Assembly: GCA_965603285.1 (NCBI GenBank)
Contig: CBFDCK010000003.1
Span: 5,799 to 69,798 of the forward strand
DNA: 64,000 nucleotides
Direction of reading: 5' to 3'
Origin: an uncultured bacterium
Lineage (GTDB): Bacteria; Chloroflexota; Anaerolineae; Anaerolineales; UBA4823
Of the stretch, positions 29,100 through 38,416 are shown piece by piece. Within the stretch, counting starts at the first letter, position 1. The number at the start of each line of letters is the position of its first letter. Both the position numbers and the translations under genes were made by a program. A model generated the notes under the pieces. It saw only the letters and a program-made list of their open reading frames with translations, ran no database searches and was not told where the DNA came from.

Positions 29100-30611
29100 A
29101 TGTCTGATTTATTGCTAGGTATTGATATAGGTACATACAGCAGCAAAGGGGTATTGGTCAAGCCTGATGGCACACTCTTGAAATCCTCTGTCGTTGAACA
29201 TGTCATGGATATTCCCCATCCAGGCTGGGCAGAACAGGATGCGGATGCCGTGTGGTGGGCTGATGTTGTAACCATTTGCCAGGATTTACTCGATGGTTCT
29301 CCATATTCAGGTGACGACGTGGGTGGGGTGGCTTTCAGTGCCATCGGGCCATGTGTGCTGCCAATAGACGCTTCTGGAAATCCCTTGCGGGCTGGAATAC
29401 TGTATGGTGTCGACACCCGCGCCAGTTCTGAGATTGAGCAACTCAATCACAAGTTGGGGGAAGAGACAATTTATAACCTCTCCGGAATGGCTTTAACCAG
29501 CCAGGCTGCTGGGCCAAAAATCCTGTGGATCAAGAATAACGAGCCAGAAGTCTGGGAACGGACCGACCACATAACCACTGCCAGCAGTTATTTGATATAC
29601 CGTTTGACCGGCGAGAAGGTGATCGATCGTCATACCGCCAGCCACTATATGCCCTTGGTGGACATTAACACCCTGGAATGGTCAGACCGCTTTGCTGACG
29701 AGATTGTCAGTCTTGACAAGCTCCCCCGCATGGCATGGAGCGACGAACTCGCCGGGCAGGTCAACCCAAGCGGTGCCGCCCAGACCGGATTGAAAGTGGG
29801 AACGCCTGTGGCAGTAGGTGCAGTGGACGCTCTGAGTGAGGGCATCAGTGTAGGCGTAGTACAACCAGGGGATTTGATGATCATGTACGGCAGCACCGCC
29901 TTTTTCATTCTGGTGCTTAATAATCCCGTACCCGATGAGCGTATGTGGACGGTAGGCGGGTCCTTCAAAAGCCAGTATAACCTTGCCGCCGGGATGGCAA
30001 CCACCGGATCATTGACCCGCTGGTTCCGCGATGAACTTGCTGCCGATCTCCCTGAGGACACTGCCTACCAGACACTGTTTGATGAAATCAAGACTGTCAC
30101 AGCCGGTGCCAATGGTCTGATCGTACTACCTTATTTTAGTGGTGAGCGTACCCCCATTAATGATCCCAACGCTCGTGGTTTAATCATCGGTCTGACTCTG
30201 GCTCACAAACGCAAACACATTTTCCGGGCATTGCTGGAAGGAGTCGCTTATGGAATCTGCCACAACATTGAGACCTTCCAGGATATCGGTGCGCCCGTTA
30301 AACGCGTTGTCGCTGTTGGTGGCGGCACCCAGAGTAAAACCTGGCTCCAGATTGTCTCAGATGTTGCCGGAATCGAGCAGATCGTGCCGGCACAAACCAT
30401 CGGTGCCAGCTATGGCGACGCTTTCCTCGCCGGTGTAGCGGCTGGTATTCTCAATCGGGAGTCAATAACAGACTGGGTCCAGGGGGGTGAAATCATCCAA
30501 CCCAACCCAGAATATCAGCGGGTTTACCAACCTTACTATCATGATTATCTCGACCTCTACGAACGAAACAAGGAGATCATGCACAATCTTGCAACCGAAG
30601 CGCGGATGTGA
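29100..30611 (+). CDS. FGGY-family carbohydrate kinase (xylulokinase-like)
   Basis: GIDIGT.SSK, PGWAEQD, LYGVDTRA, PKILW, LPYFSGERTP, VGGG. Confidence 0.9.
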   Translation: MSDLLLGIDIGTYSSKGVLVKPDGTLLKSSVVEHVMDIPHPGWAEQDADAVWWADVVTICQDLLDGSPYSGDDVGGVAFSAIGPCVLPIDASGNPLRAGILYGVDTRASSEIEQLNHKLGEETIYNLSGMALTSQAAGPKILWIKNNEPEVWERTDHITTASSYLIYRLTGEKVIDRHTASHYMPLVDINTLEWSDRFADEIVSLDKLPRMAWSDELAGQVNPSGAAQTGLKVGTPVAVGAVDALSEGISVGVVQPGDLMIMYGSTAFFILVLNNPVPDERMWTVGGSFKSQYNLAAGMATTGSLTRWFRDELAADLPEDTAYQTLFDEIKTVTAGANGLIVLPYFSGERTPINDPNARGLIIGLTLAHKRKHIFRALLEGVAYGICHNIETFQDIGAPVKRVVAVGGGTQSKTWLQIVSDVAGIEQIVPAQTIGASYGDAFLAGVAAGILNRESITDWVQGGEIIQPNPEYQRVYQPYYHDYLDLYERNKEIMHNLATEARM

Positions 30612-30698
30612 GCAAACCATTCACAGAGATATCCTTAAATTTCTTTTCACTTTTTCGTAAGATCCCCAAATTCTTCCATTATTGTCAATCTTTTCCTA

Positions 30699-30743
30699 CC
30701 ATTAATTTATGGCCCATTATTTTATGGCCCATTATGTTATGGC
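30699..30743. repeat. Three tandem 15-bp quasi-palindromic repeats
   Basis: ccattaatttatggc / ccattattttatggc / ccattatgttatggc. Confidence 0.85.
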
Positions 30744-30754
30744 AACCGACCAAT

Positions 30755-33406
30755 CTAAACTAAGAAAGCCCCAGGGTTGAATAAACCTTGTGGGTCCCAA
30801 CGTAATTTTAGCTTGCGCATTAATTCCAGACTTTCAGGAAAGTAGCCCCAGTGGTCGGTTGTCTCTATCATATGTTTGGGTGCTGTAAGGCGGACTGCAT
30901 AACCGTTAGCTTTGTGAGCCTCAGCACGTATATTCGCTAAATCGCCCCCATTTTGAATATACATCATTCCGTTTGCCAGGTCAGCTATATATGAGGACTC
31001 GTTGAGGGACGGCGCAAGGATTTTTAATAAAGATGGCAAGTCTTTGGGAGCGACGCCCACACGAACCAGAGATGTGATCTTTTGGACGCCGTTAGAGCCT
31101 TTTTCATCAGCTTGCAGCCAATGTCCCCAGACTTCGCTGCCGGATAGAGTATGATTTTGATCCACTCTACCTACGCCTCCAACCTCCAGCACGCCGCGCG
31201 CTTGAAGGAGCTCCGCTGCCACGTCTTCTGCGAGACCCTCAGCTGTGTAAATCAAAGTGTGAGGCGCATCCGATAGTCCTTTAACTCCCTTGCACAGTAG
31301 TAGCGCTGATGCTGCCAGGCATACCCTCATAAGCTCGTGATTCCACTGCAATCCAAGTTCCAAATCCTCAACCGGCACGACCAGGCTGGCACGGTTGCGT
31401 GGCATCGGGTTGAGCTTCAAAGTCGCTTCAGTGATCAAACCCAACGTGCCGTGTGATCCCACGAAAAGCTTTGTTAGATCGTAACCGGCTACATTCTTGA
31501 CAACCGGTCTTCCAACCCGGATCACGCGCCCATCCGGCATTACGACCGTAAGAGCAAGCACCAGGTCGCGCAGCCCACCGTAACGCATGCGCAAGGGGGC
31601 GTTGAAGTTGGTGGCAATGATTCCGCCCACTGTGGCTTTATCCCATGGGGAGGTTAGCGGCACACACATGTTATGATTCGTTAGTGCAGCCTGCAGCTCT
31701 GATATTGGGGTTCCCGCACCCACACTGACGTACAAATCCTGGGGCGCATACTCGATGATGCCGTTTAATTGATTGGTCTGCAGCACATGTTCGGCATCCG
31801 GAAGTAAGCTGGATTTGGTACCTCCCCCTCGGATTCGTATATCCTGGTTGATATTTCTGCTTGTAAAAACTATTTCACAGGCGTCTTCTGTGGACCCCGG
31901 TATGTGAATTTTTGTGATTTTGTTACATGCATTTGATTCACCCCTGCTCTCCTGCCTCTCTACTCCTCTGCTCCTCTTCCCTCCAGCCCCCATGCCCCCT
32001 TGCTCCCTTGCCCCTTGGTCTTCTGGAAAAATCTTACCCGGATTCATGATGTTCCGGGGGTCAAACACTTCCTTGATCTCCCGCATGGCGTTCAATTCGT
32101 CATTATTGTACAGCAGCGGCATGTAGGCTCGCTTTTCGATTCCCACGCCGTGTTCGCCAGTTATGGTGCCATCATGACGGACGCAGGTTTCCAAAATCTC
32201 ATACCCGGCATCGTGGACGCGTTTCATTAACTCTTGGTCGGACAGATCACTGATGAGTAAAAACGGATGAATGTTGCCATCACCAGCGTGGAAGACGTAA
32301 GCGACTTGGATCGCGTATCTTTCGCAAATCTGGTTGATCTCGGTCAGTGTAGGAGCCAGTTTGCTGCGCGGTACGGTGCCGTCCAAGGTGAGGTAAGCTG
32401 GAGCTAGGCGCGCCATCGCTCCGGCGGCGTTATTACGACCGTACCAGATTTTTTCCCGTTCATCTTCTGATTGAGCCATTTTGATATCCAGAACTTTGTG
32501 TTCGTGCAAAACGGCTGCGATTTCGTCCATCTGCGCTGACAGGCTATTTTTATACCCGTCCACTTCGATGATCAGAGCTGCACCTGCCGTGATGGGCAGT
32601 CCAGCTTGAGCGAAATCCTCGATGATAACCATCATTTTTTGATCCATGAACTCCACGGTTGCCGGAACCAAACCGCGCCCGATCAGGGCTGAGACCGCAT
32701 CGCCTGCGTCTGAGACCGTATCAAAGGCTGCAAGCAATGTCTCCACTCCGGGTGGGTACCGCAGCAGGCGGATATAAGCTTTGGTAATGATCCCCAATGT
32801 GCCTTCGCTGCCAGTAAGCAAGCCTGAGAAATCATACTCCGGGTAATCCAATGCCCGCCCACCCAATTGAACTGCTCCTCCATCCGCCGGTACAATTTCC
32901 AGCCCGGTCACATAATTTGTGGTCACCCCATATTTAAAGCAGTGCGGACCACCGGCGTTTTCTGCAATATTACCCCCTAAAGTAGCGGCTCGGCTGCTGG
33001 CAGGATCCGGCGGGTAATACAACCCATTTTGCTTGACATATTCATCCAGATTCCGATTGACAACACCTGGTTCGATAACTACGCTGCGCCCGGCTATATC
33101 GAGATTCAAGATGTGATTCATGTGCGAAAAGTGCAGGATCAGTCCCCCGTTTTCAGCTACTGCCCCACCGGAGAGTCCAGTGCCTGCTCCGCGCGCAATT
33201 ATTGGGACATCATGTTCAGTTGCCCAGCGCACGACCCGGCTCACATCATCCCTGGATTGTGGGTAGACGACGCCATCAGGCGTTCCGCGATCAATGGAAG
33301 CATCCACCTCATAAGTGATTAGCTCAACCGGATTGGTGATGAGTTGCCCGGGTTGGAGAAGATTTGCCAGAGAGGCAAAATCAATTGATTGGGATGTTTT
33401 CTCCAT
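30755..33406 (-). CDS. Fused GlcD-GlcE FAD-linked oxidoreductase (glycolate/lactate dehydrogenase type)
   Basis: N half: RGAGTGLSGG, YPPDPAS, NAGGPHCFKYG, HAGDGNIHP, ITGEHGVG, NPGK (GlcD); C half: RGGGTK, ATVGG, R.RYG..RD, VVKNVAGYDL.KL..GSHGTLG, DP.G.FNPG (GlcE). Confidence 0.88.
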   Translation of the reverse strand: MEKTSQSIDFASLANLLQPGQLITNPVELITYEVDASIDRGTPDGVVYPQSRDDVSRVVRWATEHDVPIIARGAGTGLSGGAVAENGGLILHFSHMNHILNLDIAGRSVVIEPGVVNRNLDEYVKQNGLYYPPDPASSRAATLGGNIAENAGGPHCFKYGVTTNYVTGLEIVPADGGAVQLGGRALDYPEYDFSGLLTGSEGTLGIITKAYIRLLRYPPGVETLLAAFDTVSDAGDAVSALIGRGLVPATVEFMDQKMMVIIEDFAQAGLPITAGAALIIEVDGYKNSLSAQMDEIAAVLHEHKVLDIKMAQSEDEREKIWYGRNNAAGAMARLAPAYLTLDGTVPRSKLAPTLTEINQICERYAIQVAYVFHAGDGNIHPFLLISDLSDQELMKRVHDAGYEILETCVRHDGTITGEHGVGIEKRAYMPLLYNNDELNAMREIKEVFDPRNIMNPGKIFPEDQGAREQGGMGAGGKRSRGVERQESRGESNACNKITKIHIPGSTEDACEIVFTSRNINQDIRIRGGGTKSSLLPDAEHVLQTNQLNGIIEYAPQDLYVSVGAGTPISELQAALTNHNMCVPLTSPWDKATVGGIIATNFNAPLRMRYGGLRDLVLALTVVMPDGRVIRVGRPVVKNVAGYDLTKLFVGSHGTLGLITEATLKLNPMPRNRASLVVPVEDLELGLQWNHELMRVCLAASALLLCKGVKGLSDAPHTLIYTAEGLAEDVAAELLQARGVLEVGGVGRVDQNHTLSGSEVWGHWLQADEKGSNGVQKITSLVRVGVAPKDLPSLLKILAPSLNESSYIADLANGMMYIQNGGDLANIRAEAHKANGYAVRLTAPKHMIETTDHWGYFPESLELMRKLKLRWDPQGLFNPGAFLV
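31941..32012. repeat. Nine degenerate 8-bp repeats (consensus CCCCTGCY) forming the GlcD/GlcE linker
   Basis: cccctgct ctcctgcc tctctact cctctgct cctcttcc ctccagcc cccatgcc cccttgct cccttgcc. Confidence 0.75.
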
Positions 33407-33518
33407 AAATGATTTCCTTATTTGTGAGTGGAAAGTGAATAACAGATCGTGGTTTTATCCAGATACTTAGATTCTTTGCCTCTGTTGCGTTCCGGTTCAG
33501 AATTTCATTTCCGCTGAG

Positions 33519-34859
33519 CTATTTTGATTGACCACTAGTTGCTACACCCTGATCACTTATTATTGATTCCTTCTCGTAAGACAAATCCAACACTTCCACC
33601 ACATGCATCACTTTTGCTTCCAAACCAGCGCGTCGCACTCCGGCGATGAGCTGCATCTGGCAGCCGGTATTTGAGGTCACGATCAAATTGGCACCGGTGG
33701 CGGCGATATCAGCCATTTTAGCATCAAGGATCTTGTCTGCCATATCTATCTGCGTGATGTTGTAAACCCCGGCGCTGCCGCAGCATAAATCGGGGGACAA
33801 CAATTCGACCAGTTCCAATCCGGGAATCATCCCCAGCAATTGGCGCGGCTGATTGACCACTTTTTGCCCGTGGCGTAAATGACAGGAGTCAGAATAGGTC
33901 GCCCGGACTTTCAACTCACCTTCAGGAGGTGAGTGAAGGTTCTCCATAAGGAATTCGCTGATGTCTTCGACTTTGTCAGAGAATTGTTTGGCCTTCTGTG
34001 CATAAACGGGATCACCGGTTAGAAGATGTGGGTATTCTTTGAGCGCCACCCCACACCCGCCCGCGTTGTTAATAACGGCTGAAAATTCTCCCTCATGAGC
34101 GAGGAATGCGTCAATATTATGGCGGGCAAGTCCTCTAGCGTAATCTTCGTCACCCAGGTGCAGGTGCGCAGCGCCGCAGCAGGTTTGTGATGCGGGTGTA
34201 TGCACTTCGAAGCCGTTACGCTGTAAGACACGCACGGTCGCCTGGTTCACCTGGGGCAGAAAGCCCTCCTGGATGCAGCCGGTAAAGAACAACACATCGC
34301 CGCGCTTATTTCCAACCGCAAGCGCAGATACCCGGTAATCTTGGTAGTGGGGGTTTAAGGGCGGCAGGATAGCTTCCATAGACTGCAGCGTTTTGGGAAG
34401 CAGATTGTCTGACCGTACGATCTGCTGCAGCCCGATAGTTTCGTAGATGTACAGGGCGCGAGCAATAAACTTAAGCAGGCTTCGATTGGTCATTAACTGT
34501 TTTGTTCCCAGCCAGCGTAGGAACCTTTCAGTAATGCCGGGTGAGCGGTTGTGCTCTACGACAATGCGGGCAGCCTCGATTAAATTCCCGTAATTTACAT
34601 CGGAAGGGCAAGCGGTTTCGCATGAGCGGCATACCAGGCACAAGTTAATATGCTGGGTGAGGCTGTCTTTGAAATCGACGAGCTCAACTCTTCCGTCCGA
34701 TACCGCCCGTATTAAAGCAATGCGCCCACGCGGGGAGTCCATTTCTGTGCCGAGGGCATTGTAGGTTGGGCAAGCCGGCAGGCACAGACCACAGTGAATA
34801 CACTGGCTGAGTTTGCTCCTGTATTCTGGAGAGGTAAGCAGTTCGATGTTTTGGATCAT
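33519..34859 (-). CDS. glcF: Glycolate oxidase Fe-S subunit
   Basis: CIHCGLCLPACPT, DSPRGR, CLVCRSCETACPS, two CCG motifs, SCHLRH, NTGCQMQ. Confidence 0.9.
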   Translation of the reverse strand: MIQNIELLTSPEYRSKLSQCIHCGLCLPACPTYNALGTEMDSPRGRIALIRAVSDGRVELVDFKDSLTQHINLCLVCRSCETACPSDVNYGNLIEAARIVVEHNRSPGITERFLRWLGTKQLMTNRSLLKFIARALYIYETIGLQQIVRSDNLLPKTLQSMEAILPPLNPHYQDYRVSALAVGNKRGDVLFFTGCIQEGFLPQVNQATVRVLQRNGFEVHTPASQTCCGAAHLHLGDEDYARGLARHNIDAFLAHEGEFSAVINNAGGCGVALKEYPHLLTGDPVYAQKAKQFSDKVEDISEFLMENLHSPPEGELKVRATYSDSCHLRHGQKVVNQPRQLLGMIPGLELVELLSPDLCCGSAGVYNITQIDMADKILDAKMADIAATGANLIVTSNTGCQMQLIAGVRRAGLEAKVMHVVEVLDLSYEKESIISDQGVATSGQSK

Positions 34860-34941
34860 AGATGGTTCCAGGAAGATATGCCAGCCTGCAAACAATACCA
34901 TAGTATAACGGTCGGGAGCATCGTGGGTCAAATCCAGTAAC

Positions 34942-35350
34942 TTATTTAATTTCTATTTCGTGAAATTGATGTAGTTGAATTAAGAGTATTCCAGCAAGTA
35001 TGATCACACACCCCAGCAGTTAGATTGAGGAAAGCGTTACTCCGAGTAAAATCCAACCAATAAATGCGGCGAAAACTACCTCAGTGCTCATGATAATCGT
35101 TGCATCAGCAGGTGGTGCTACTTTATAACTGCTGGCTTGTAATATAAATCCGATCCCGACTTATATAAAGCCAGTGTAAATATTCGCCCACCAAGCGCCC
35201 GAAAAAGCGGAAAGAGTTTCCGTCCTGAAGATAATCCCTGCCGTCATACTGAGCAAACACATAAAAAATACTGCCCGATAGCGAGGTGCAGCACATCGAT
35301 CCATTTTATAAGCCACCCGATCAGGATGACGAGCAGTGTCCACAAAAAGG
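34942..35350 (-). pseudogene. EamA/DMT transporter remnant (C-terminal half)
   Basis: Manual translation WANIYTGFI*VGIGFILQASSYKVAPPADATIIMSTEVVFAAFIGWILLGVTLSSI*LLGCVIILAGILLIQL with stops at 35161-35163 and 35020-35022; upstream hydrophobic segment in another frame. Confidence 0.8.
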
Positions 35351-35405
35351 ATGTGGCAGGTTTTGCTGTTTTCCGTACCAGGATTGCTCTGGAGAGACCA
35401 GCACA

Positions 35406-35684
35406 TTAATTAAGAGTTGAAATGTAAAGGGAATCGACTATCCCAACGATCACTGAGATCACACAACCATCTGGTTGGTTAAGTGCTTGACGGGCAGCAT
35501 TGCCTTCCCTGTTCACCAATACGGTGTCACCGATGCCAGCATGGGTGTTATCCAGAGCGATAAAATCCCCCTCCGACGGGTCGTCGGGCAAGGTCAGCGG
35601 TTGCACCACCAGCAAGCGCCGATTCTTATAATCCGGATGGCTAATCGTTGTGACGACAGTACCAATAACTTTCCCAAGTATCAT
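35406..35684 (-). CDS. BMC-P vertex protein (EutN/CcmL)
   Basis: MILGKVIGTVVTT, IALD...AGIGD.VL, IVGIVD. Confidence 0.92.
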   Translation of the reverse strand: MILGKVIGTVVTTISHPDYKNRRLLVVQPLTLPDDPSEGDFIALDNTHAGIGDTVLVNREGNAARQALNQPDGCVISVIVGIVDSLYISTLN

Positions 35685-35737
35685 TATATTAAAGGTAATA
35701 TGAAAGGGTTTTTGACGGTTACCAGGCAATCAATAAC

Positions 35738-36058
35738 CTATGTATACCTCACCAAGCCTTCTTTGAGTGTGTAATCAAAATCACCATCCGGTTGCACAAC
35801 CAATTCATCAACAATGCCAATAATAGCCAGGTCGACCGGTACGAATTTATGTTCGCGTAGTGCCAGGGCGGCCTCGCGTGAGCGTGTCATTACACACAGG
35901 TCACCGGGACCAGCCCACACCACATCAACTGCCACCTGCAAAGGGCCAACAGGGCGCAGGTGTTTGTCTAATGGCTGCACGACGAGAAGCTTCGTACCTT
36001 TCAGGTCTGGGTATTTAATTGTACAGATAGCCGTCCCGCGCACACGCCCGAATAACAT
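35738..36058 (-). CDS. BMC-P vertex protein (EutN/CcmL)
   Basis: GRVRGT..CT.K..L.G.KLLVV, VAVD..AGPGD, PVDLAIIGIVD. Confidence 0.92.
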   Translation of the reverse strand: MLFGRVRGTAICTIKYPDLKGTKLLVVQPLDKHLRPVGPLQVAVDVVWAGPGDLCVMTRSREAALALREHKFVPVDLAIIGIVDELVVQPDGDFDYTLKEGLVRYT

Positions 36059-36067
36059 ATCGTAATC

Positions 36068-36466
36068 CTACTTATTACCAACATTTTGGAGAATTCGGCT
36101 GATGATGGTATCTAGCAATTTCTGATCAACCGAATCACCCAAGCGCGCCACTACTGCTGCGTGCACTTGCTTGTGCAGGTCGTCATTGCTTCCCGCGCTA
36201 CTGGAGATCGGGGCGATGGTTGAACTAGACTGATTAGAGGTCGCCTGTCCCGGACTCGAAGCGCTTGGAGAAACTATCTTCGTTATATAGGGGCGTTCTG
36301 GAGCACTGGGTGGTTTATCGTGATCACGCAATATTTCAATTCCTAAGCGGATGGCTTTATCCCGTGCTATATCTGTTAGCACAACGTCGTCATCCTCCAC
36401 CAGCGAAATGACGCCCCGTTTAGCCAGATCTTCGATATCGCGTTCAGTATAAAATGTTTTTGGCAT
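36068..36466 (-). CDS. BMC-associated protein: EutQ-N-like domain, Ser-rich linker, C-terminal amphipathic helices
   Basis: TERDIEDL..G...V.LTD.ARD.A.RLGI; tail LLDTIISRILQNV resembles an encapsulation peptide. Confidence 0.65.
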   Translation of the reverse strand: MPKTFYTERDIEDLAKRGVISLVEDDDVVLTDIARDKAIRLGIEILRDHDKPPSAPERPYITKIVSPSASSPGQATSNQSSSTIAPISSSAGSNDDLHKQVHAAVVARLGDSVDQKLLDTIISRILQNVGNK

Positions 36467-36494
36467 GGATTACTCCCAAAAAGTAGAACCTAAA

Positions 36495-37127
36495 TTAGAA
36501 TTCACTCTCAACACCCTCCAGACTACCCAAGGCTCGAATGGAGGCATCGCGGGCTGTCTCAGCTTCCGCTTCCGTACCGGAAAGCCACATGCGGCCAAAA
36601 CGACCGACTGAGCTGACGTGCACTACGTTTATAGTAGCTTTCTTCTCAGCCTCGTTGCAAGCGAAGTTGATATATGCTGCGGGGAAACACTCGACTACTA
36701 GTAGTGTTTGACCTGGAACCAGCATGCTGCCCCGTCGCCAACGGTTGAGTAGCTGCGCCTGATATGGATCAACATTGGTTATCACCTGGATCGAGGCAAC
36801 CTGCGGACGAATGCGGTCCTCAATATTCAAACCAAGACGCTCGAGTACGATACGCCCAGATTCGAGCACCGCTGCCTGATTGAGGGAGTGCACTTCGAAC
36901 ATGCCAAATTCGCGTTCAACTACCTGGGCGCCGGGTTTAGCCTCAGTTGCCTTGACGGCAATATCCACTGTGCGAAATACCTCGTTGCCGGGGGCCATCT
37001 CGATATATAGTGAAGCCATGCCCTCGACCGGCAAGTCGCCCTGGGTGATGGTGCCTACAAAGGCCGCGTATTTCGCCTGCATGCGGTCTAGATAACAATA
37101 ACAACGAAGAGAAAATTCTTTAGCCAT
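36495..37127 (-). CDS. BMC-T shell protein (CcmP-like, double-layer type)
   Basis: LRCYCYLDRMQ, ASLYIEMAPG, VEREFGMFEVH, NEAEK, GRFGRMWLSG. Confidence 0.88.
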   Translation of the reverse strand: MAKEFSLRCYCYLDRMQAKYAAFVGTITQGDLPVEGMASLYIEMAPGNEVFRTVDIAVKATEAKPGAQVVEREFGMFEVHSLNQAAVLESGRIVLERLGLNIEDRIRPQVASIQVITNVDPYQAQLLNRWRRGSMLVPGQTLLVVECFPAAYINFACNEAEKKATINVVHVSSVGRFGRMWLSGTEAEAETARDASIRALGSLEGVESEF

Positions 37128-37146
37128 TGAATCCTTGTCGATATGG

Positions 37147-37986
37147 TCAGCTCTTATGTTCAGGTACTTGATCGTGCATTGCAATTCCCAGGGGAGTCAC
37201 GAAGACTGGTCGCTCTGGTATGTGCGTCGGCAGACCGGTATAATCCTCAATGACCGCAGCCATGCCAGGGTACGCACTGGTTCCGCCAACAAGTGTCAGA
37301 TTTTCGACCTGTACTTGGCTTTGGGCGACGTGGCGAGCCACAATGCTGGCTACTTTTTCCATCACTGGACGGATAATGAGGAACAGACGAGATTGTTCAG
37401 TTGGATTGACCTTCATAACTTCTGCTGCCTCGAATGAGATATCTTGCGCTCCAGCGATTACCAGCGAAAAGTGGGTACCACCAGTTGGCTCATCGGCAGT
37501 GTAGACTACTTCACCATCCTGCAAGATGGCAATGCCTGTAGTACCCCCTCCCACGTCAACAATAGCACCATTTTGTAGACCAAGCAGGGCATTCGCTGCC
37601 GTAGGCTCGTCAATCATGCTGGTACAATGCAGGCCGGCAGCCTCAACCACGTTCGCGCTTGCTCGCACTTCTACCTGGTGAACTCCCGGAGGGAAGCCAG
37701 TGGCAGCATGGGTTAGCTTCCTGCCAAGTCGCTTCTCCACCCGCTGCTTCATCTCGACCAGCAGGTCCACCGCGCCCAGAAAATCAACTACCAGACCGTC
37801 ACGCACTACCTGGGCGAATTGGTATTCACCCGCTAGGGGTTGCTTGTCCTGGTCGAGCACGACTAACACCAGGTAGGCAGTGCCCAAGTCCACACCGACG
37901 AGAAGTGGTTCTTCGGGAATTATATCCAGAGGCGCAGGTTCAGGGTCAGGGACCCAACGGATGACATGTTCCGCGCGGGCTAACAT
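37147..37986 (-). CDS. eutJ: EutJ chaperone-like (actin/Hsp70 fold)
   Basis: GVDLGTA, VVRDGLVVDF, DEPTAA, DVGGGTTG, TADEPTGGTH, VTPLGIA. Confidence 0.93.
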   Translation of the reverse strand: MLARAEHVIRWVPDPEPAPLDIIPEEPLLVGVDLGTAYLVLVVLDQDKQPLAGEYQFAQVVRDGLVVDFLGAVDLLVEMKQRVEKRLGRKLTHAATGFPPGVHQVEVRASANVVEAAGLHCTSMIDEPTAANALLGLQNGAIVDVGGGTTGIAILQDGEVVYTADEPTGGTHFSLVIAGAQDISFEAAEVMKVNPTEQSRLFLIIRPVMEKVASIVARHVAQSQVQVENLTLVGGTSAYPGMAAVIEDYTGLPTHIPERPVFVTPLGIAMHDQVPEHKS

Positions 37987-38024
37987 CCGGACGTAGTCAA
38001 TCTGGGCGAAATATCTTTGAGCCG

Positions 38025-38354
38025 CTATTTTTTATCTCCTCCCGAACGACCGCCGAAGCCACCCTTTGTGTTCTCCGGTAGTATCATTTCGACATTTTCG
38101 TGCGGACGCGGGATGACGTGCACCGAGATCAGGTCTGCTACTCGTTTGGCCGCAGCTGCCCCCGCATCGGTGGCTGCCTTGACCGCTCCAACGTCGCCGC
38201 GTACCATCACGGTGACATAGCCACCGCCGACGTATTCCGAACCGATTAATACCACGTTTGCTGCCTTGACCATAGCATCAGCAGCTTCGATGGAGCCGAT
38301 CAGACCGCGGGTCTCAACCATACCTAAAGCGATGAATGCAGGATCTTGTACCAT
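38025..38354 (-). CDS. BMC-H shell hexamer (EutM/PduA-like)
   Basis: [39 protein letters not shown]. Confidence 0.96.
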   Translation of the reverse strand: MVQDPAFIALGMVETRGLIGSIEAADAMVKAANVVLIGSEYVGGGYVTVMVRGDVGAVKAATDAGAAAAKRVADLISVHVIPRPHENVEMILPENTKGGFGGRSGGDKK

Positions 38355-38416
38355 TATGTTCTCCTATTAATAGATTTGCTTAACATTTGATTTTTGAAAT
38401 TATTGTGCAGTATTTG

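Noticed and set aside
35161-35406. 81-aa ORF as an intact gene
   Set aside because: Its 3' part is a fragment of the EamA pseudogene
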